Shown: piece after piece, positions 23,935 through 27,333 of the stretch
Layout: every line of letters starts with the position of its first letter
How positions within the stretch are numbered: position 1 is the stretch's first letter
Assembly: GCA_049968235.1 (NCBI GenBank)
Contig: JBMFRC010000030.1
Coordinates: forward strand, 1-27,333
Length of the DNA: 27,333 bases
Source of the DNA: Candidatus Hydrogenedens sp.
GTDB lineage: Bacteria > Hydrogenedentota > Hydrogenedentia > Hydrogenedentales > Hydrogenedentaceae
Direction: 5' to 3'
The notes under the pieces: model-generated
The model's database searches: none
Told to the model about the DNA's origin: nothing
The model's input: the letters and a program-made list of their open reading frames with translations, nothing else
Program-made: the position numbers and the translations under genes

Positions 23935-26900
23935 TTATTTTCTGTCATTTAGTTTCTTAACTAAATGGGCAGGACCTTTCAGTTGGATTTTATTCACAAA
24001 ATCATCAAAGTTACAGACCCAATATTTCTTTTGTGGTTCAAGTACGGAAGCCATTCCGCCCTGAGCAGGAATAAGCAATAATTTTACATTAATAGTAAAT
24101 CCATCGAATGAAAAATCTTTGCCCTTTTTTTGTCCATCCTCTTCGGTTTCAAATATCCTTGAATATCCATCAATTTTTCTGTATCCATCTGTATGTTCTG
24201 TACCTTTAGGATCAACGAACAGAATAAAATACTGATTTCCTTTCTTTAACCAAAATATAAAGTCGGGTTTGAATTTTTCAATACGATTTGTTTTAGGTTG
24301 ATAATAAGGTATATAAACTTCATCTAATGTTTCATCAATTTTTGAAAAATACCACCAATCAAAATTTTTAAAAAGATTATTTTCTTGTTGCAAATAATTC
24401 TCTAATTCATTTATAAAATCCACTTCACTTTTGTGCTTAATAATATGCTGAATAAAGTCAGCTCTTTCAGCATCTGATAAAGCAATAGGTAAATAGTAAT
24501 GATTTGTAAGATATTTTATTTTTATTTTTTCTTGAGGGCTGTAAGCGGTTTCTGCTTCTTTTAATAAATTAGTTGAAACATCTTCTATGTTCTTTGTGTA
24601 CTCATCAATATTAATTTCTTTTTTTTCAAGTTTTTCTTTCAGTTGTTGTTTTATTAACTCTTTATCTTTTGCTTTCTTTACTTTTTCTATCTTTTCTCTC
24701 AAGTGATTTAATTTATCTATTGATACATTAATCCTCTTAAAGTGTATGATTTCTTCTTCTAATTTTTTGAAGGTATTAAATTCTTTTGCTTTGCTTGCAA
24801 AGTGTTTAAATATTCGTCCAAGCAAAAATTCTGGGTTATTAACTACTTTTTCTTCGTTATTTATTAAAAAGTAGTTATCTTTTTTAACATTAAATGCTTC
24901 TTTTAATTTTTGTAATACTTTAATATTGCAATCATATTTTACCAAGCAGATTTTATCACCTAAATAATTAAAGTAAGCCCTTGTTAATTCATAATCATTG
25001 GGATGAATAGAAAATTTAACCACATCTTGTTCTTCCACAATAATATTATTAGATTCTCTGTAAACTGGTATTAAAAGTAATTTATCTTTTACATCGGGGT
25101 TTATCTCAAATAAATCACCAAGTAATGCTTCTGGTTTTTCTTGCTTTAATGTTTCTATAACTTCTTTTAAGTTTTCCGATTTTGTTCCATAGACAAATAA
25201 CGATTCCAAAGGTTCTATACTATCTTTAATTGCATCAAATATCTGAGCATCCAGTTCTTTGTTGTTGTAAAGAAATACGGCTCTTTTTCGTTTATCTTTT
25301 ATTGGCTCAATTCGTACACCACGTCCTACAGCTTGTAATACAAATTTTCTTGCATCTGTACCTTTTCCAATATTGATAAACAAAATAATATTGGGTCTGT
25401 TGCTATCCCAACCTTCGTAGAAGGAGCGGGACCCCATTAAAATATTGATTTCCTGACTATTATTGATGTTTTTAAAGATACTTTCATTCTCAAATCTTTC
25501 TACGATTTCATATCCCGATAATTTATTTTTAATCCATTCTGAAATATCTCCGATTTTCATTAGTGCAAATGGCTTATCTGTGGTTTTTAATTTAAAAATC
25601 AATTCCTGTTTATTACTGGGAATTTTAAGAATTTCTATTTTTCCAAAAGTGTCAGAATTAAAAACATACTTTAGAATATCAGAATAGTTTATTTGTTCAA
25701 TGATATCCAAAAAATTTTGATTTATTCTAGCTTCTTCAAAAATAAATTTTGCATTTTCACTTGAAAGTTCATTTTTGAGTTCTTCTATTGATGCTTTAAG
25801 TAAATCATCGCTCAATTGCTCCCCTAATGCAATCTTTTCAATTTCTCTGAAAAAGAGTTCCAAGTCGGAATCATCAGTATTAACAGAATTCACAAGGGTT
25901 ATAAGTAAAGGCCTATGGTATAAATTTTCAGATACGTTTTTAATACCTTCATAGAGTTTATTTATTGCAGTTTGAAGGACAAATATTTTTAGAATGATTT
26001 TTTGTTTTTCAATCCCAATATGATTATCTTTTCTTTCTAATACACTTATATTCTTCTGAGATATGTAAATATGCTTTCCATAGCCATCTTCTATAAATCG
26101 GGCAAGATTAAAGTTAAAAACACAGGTTGCAAAATCTCTTGGGTCTGTAAAGGTAGCAGAAAAATTGAACAGAAATCCATTTCGGCTGAGTATGTTGTAA
26201 AAGGTTTGTCTTTTGCTGTCTTCTCTGTCGCCTTTGTGTGCTTCGTCCAACAAAATATACCAGTTGCCATTAGTGTCATAGTTTTTAAAATCAATGATTT
26301 TATCTTTTTGTTCATCAGATATCAAATCGCTTCGGTAGTAATAAATATCTATACTATTACCAAATTTAAGAGTTGGGTTTTGTTTACTAGAAGAATAATC
26401 TTTTAGGTCAATTAGATTTAAGTCAATATCATTATAAAGATTAAACTCTTCGATATGTTTTTTAAATTGTTCTATTAAATCTTCTCTGTAAGTTAAAAAT
26501 AAAATATCTTTTTTAGGAATTTTATTATTTTTCATAAGATAACCAAGCAATTCAATAAGTTTAACAATAACTAATGTTTTGCCACTACCTGTTGCCATCC
26601 AAAAAGACATACGATTAATGAAATGCTCAAAAGATATTTTGTTGTTTTCTATTGGATAATATTTATCGTATTCTAACAGGTATTTTATAGTTTTACTTTC
26701 TTTTTCGGTGTCAAACCCCAGTTCTTCGGTAAGTCCGTTGTTTAAAAATCTTTGGTAGAATTTGTTTTTTTCTGAGGTGTCTTCATTAAAATAAAGATAT
26801 AGTGCTTTTAAAAAGTTTTTCAAGGCATTTTGTTGGTAATCAAATAGTTTTTTATTACTGGAAAATTTTTCTAAATCTATGCCCAGCCATTCTTGTGGAA

Positions 26901-26952
26901 GGTTATTAAGATCATAGTTTTCTACAATGTTCTGAAGATACAATTTACTCAT
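23935..26952 (-). CDS. SF2 (DEAH-type) helicase fused to a C-terminal PD-(D/E)xK nuclease; architecture of a Type III restriction enzyme Res subunit or a related defense helicase-nuclease
   Basis: ORF track, 1005 aa. Motif Q/Ia LFDYQQNALKN. Motif I MATGSGKT. Motif II ILLDEAHKG. Motif III FSAT. Motif VI LQAVGRGVR. C-terminal KPDFIFWLKKGNQYFILFVDPKG is a PD...D-x-K nuclease motif. A K/E-rich coiled-coil-like segment lies between the two modules. The gene is far AT-richer than its neighbours and its codon usage is AAA/AAT/ATT-dominated. A GGGAG Shine-Dalgarno-like sequence precedes the ATG at 26950-26952. Confidence 0.75.
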   Translation of the reverse strand: MSKLYLQNIVENYDLNNLPQEWLGIDLEKFSSNKKLFDYQQNALKNFLKALYLYFNEDTSEKNKFYQRFLNNGLTEELGFDTEKESKTIKYLLEYDKYYPIENNKISFEHFINRMSFWMATGSGKTLVIVKLIELLGYLMKNNKIPKKDILFLTYREDLIEQFKKHIEEFNLYNDIDLNLIDLKDYSSSKQNPTLKFGNSIDIYYYRSDLISDEQKDKIIDFKNYDTNGNWYILLDEAHKGDREDSKRQTFYNILSRNGFLFNFSATFTDPRDFATCVFNFNLARFIEDGYGKHIYISQKNISVLERKDNHIGIEKQKIILKIFVLQTAINKLYEGIKNVSENLYHRPLLITLVNSVNTDDSDLELFFREIEKIALGEQLSDDLLKASIEELKNELSSENAKFIFEEARINQNFLDIIEQINYSDILKYVFNSDTFGKIEILKIPSNKQELIFKLKTTDKPFALMKIGDISEWIKNKLSGYEIVERFENESIFKNINNSQEINILMGSRSFYEGWDSNRPNIILFINIGKGTDARKFVLQAVGRGVRIEPIKDKRKRAVFLYNNKELDAQIFDAIKDSIEPLESLFVYGTKSENLKEVIETLKQEKPEALLGDLFEINPDVKDKLLLIPVYRESNNIIVEEQDVVKFSIHPNDYELTRAYFNYLGDKICLVKYDCNIKVLQKLKEAFNVKKDNYFLINNEEKVVNNPEFLLGRIFKHFASKAKEFNTFKKLEEEIIHFKRINVSIDKLNHLREKIEKVKKAKDKELIKQQLKEKLEKKEINIDEYTKNIEDVSTNLLKEAETAYSPQEKIKIKYLTNHYYLPIALSDAERADFIQHIIKHKSEVDFINELENYLQQENNLFKNFDWWYFSKIDETLDEVYIPYYQPKTNRIEKFKPDFIFWLKKGNQYFILFVDPKGTEHTDGYRKIDGYSRIFETEEDGQKKGKDFSFDGFTINVKLLLIPAQGGMASVLEPQKKYWVCNFDDFVNKIQLKGPAHLVKKLNDRK

Positions 26953-26956
26953 AGTT

Positions 26957-27333
26957 TCACTCCCACCAGATTAATGGTTTTATCAATCGATAATCCAAAT
27001 CTTTTGTATCTACTTTTGTTCCATCTTCAAACTGCACAACTACCCCGTCAACCTTTGGTTGACACCCCTTCAAAGAAGGGGAATTATTCCCCTCTTTTAG
27101 AGGGGCGTCAGAAGGACTGTGCGTAATTTTTTTTATCCATTTCCCAGTAAGATTAGACAAGGTTTCAGCAATGTCTATATTTGGATAGAGTTTATCCAAA
27201 TCGACCTTTACTTTGTTATTTTCATAATCAATCTCTAAAGCTTTGAGCATCTTTTCGTCTTTTAAGAAAACATATTGTTCGTAAGGACTTTTGTCTCCTG
27301 CAATAAATATATCGTGATTTTCATAAACCGTAT
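26957..27333 (-). CDS. 3' part of an upstream gene (N-terminus beyond the window end) whose TGA (26957-26959) sits 4 nt before the helicase ATG; product unknown, possibly the partner subunit (e.g. a Mod-like methyltransferase C-terminus)
   Basis: The reverse-strand frame is open from the window edge: ...TVYENHDIFIAGDKSPYEQYVFLKDEKMLKALEIDYENNKVKVDLDKLYPNIDIAETLSNLTGKWIKKITHSPSDAPLKEGNNSPSLKGCQPKVDGVVVQFEDGTKVDTKDLDYRLIKPLIWWE. The ORF track lists only the part from the internal Met (26957..27250). Confidence 0.55.
   Translation of the reverse strand, partial: TVYENHDIFIAGDKSPYEQYVFLKDEKMLKALEIDYENNKVKVDLDKLYPNIDIAETLSNLTGKWIKKITHSPSDAPLKEGNNSPSLKGCQPKVDGVVVQFEDGTKVDTKDLDYRLIKPLIWWE
27047..27105. 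repeat. Cluster of four interlocking perfect palindromes built on G4/C4 tracts (7-bp stems; neighbouring hairpins share arms)
   Basis: Read directly on the + strand. gtcaacc-ttt-ggttgac at 27047-27063. ccccttc-aaa-gaagggg at 27065-27081. ggggaat-t-attcccc at 27078-27092. cccctct-ttt-agagggg at 27089-27105. This is a GC-rich islet in an otherwise very AT-rich segment, inside the 3' region of the partial upstream ORF. Confidence 0.8.

Noticed and set aside
1-27333. CRISPR arrays, rRNA or tRNA genes
   Set aside because: No regularly spaced direct repeats of 25-40 bp, no rRNA-like conserved blocks and no tRNA cloverleaf signatures were seen on either strand.

Overview
This 27.3 kb window comes from a bacterial chromosome using the standard code: TGA ends two conserved genes at their expected lengths. 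By eye the G+C is about 40% on the housekeeping side; I did not count it. The window has three parts.

Part 1 (1..8558) is a head-to-head pair of giant paralogous cell-surface proteins transcribed outward from a shared AT-rich intergenic region (2481..2701). Each has a signal peptide, an SGNH/GDSL-fold hydrolase domain, Ig-like domains, a beta-solenoid-like segment around a PGRS-like Gly-rich GGxGGx tract, then eight tandem ~90-aa Ig (I-set-like) repeats and a C-terminal transmembrane anchor. The minus-strand copy is not in the ORF track because it runs off the window start. It is intact but carries GDD where the SGNH nucleophile motif GDS should be. The plus-strand copy keeps GDS but is broken inside the SGNH domain by an in-frame TGA in the signal peptide and a frameshift; its remaining 1756-codon reading frame is intact.

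Part 2 (8797..23433) is ordinary core genome. It holds a large secreted DUF4091-type glycoside-hydrolase-like protein, two tandem Zn-dependent MDR alcohol/polyol dehydrogenases, cysE, a membrane-anchored SGNH-like protein and a PilT-family ATPase with a ~135-aa N-terminal extension. It then runs through the conserved rpmH-rnpA-yidD-yidC-jag-mnmE block.

Part 3 (about 23434 to the window end) is a sharply AT-richer segment immediately downstream of mnmE, a known genomic-island insertion hotspot. It encodes a 1005-aa SF2 helicase fused to a C-terminal PD-(D/E)xK nuclease (Type III restriction Res-like architecture). A partial upstream gene overlaps the helicase start, which looks like translational coupling. 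A 59-bp cluster of four interlocking perfect palindromes built on G4/C4 tracts sits inside that upstream gene's 3' end. This last segment is the most likely accessory or defense locus in the window. No CRISPR array, tRNA or rRNA was found.
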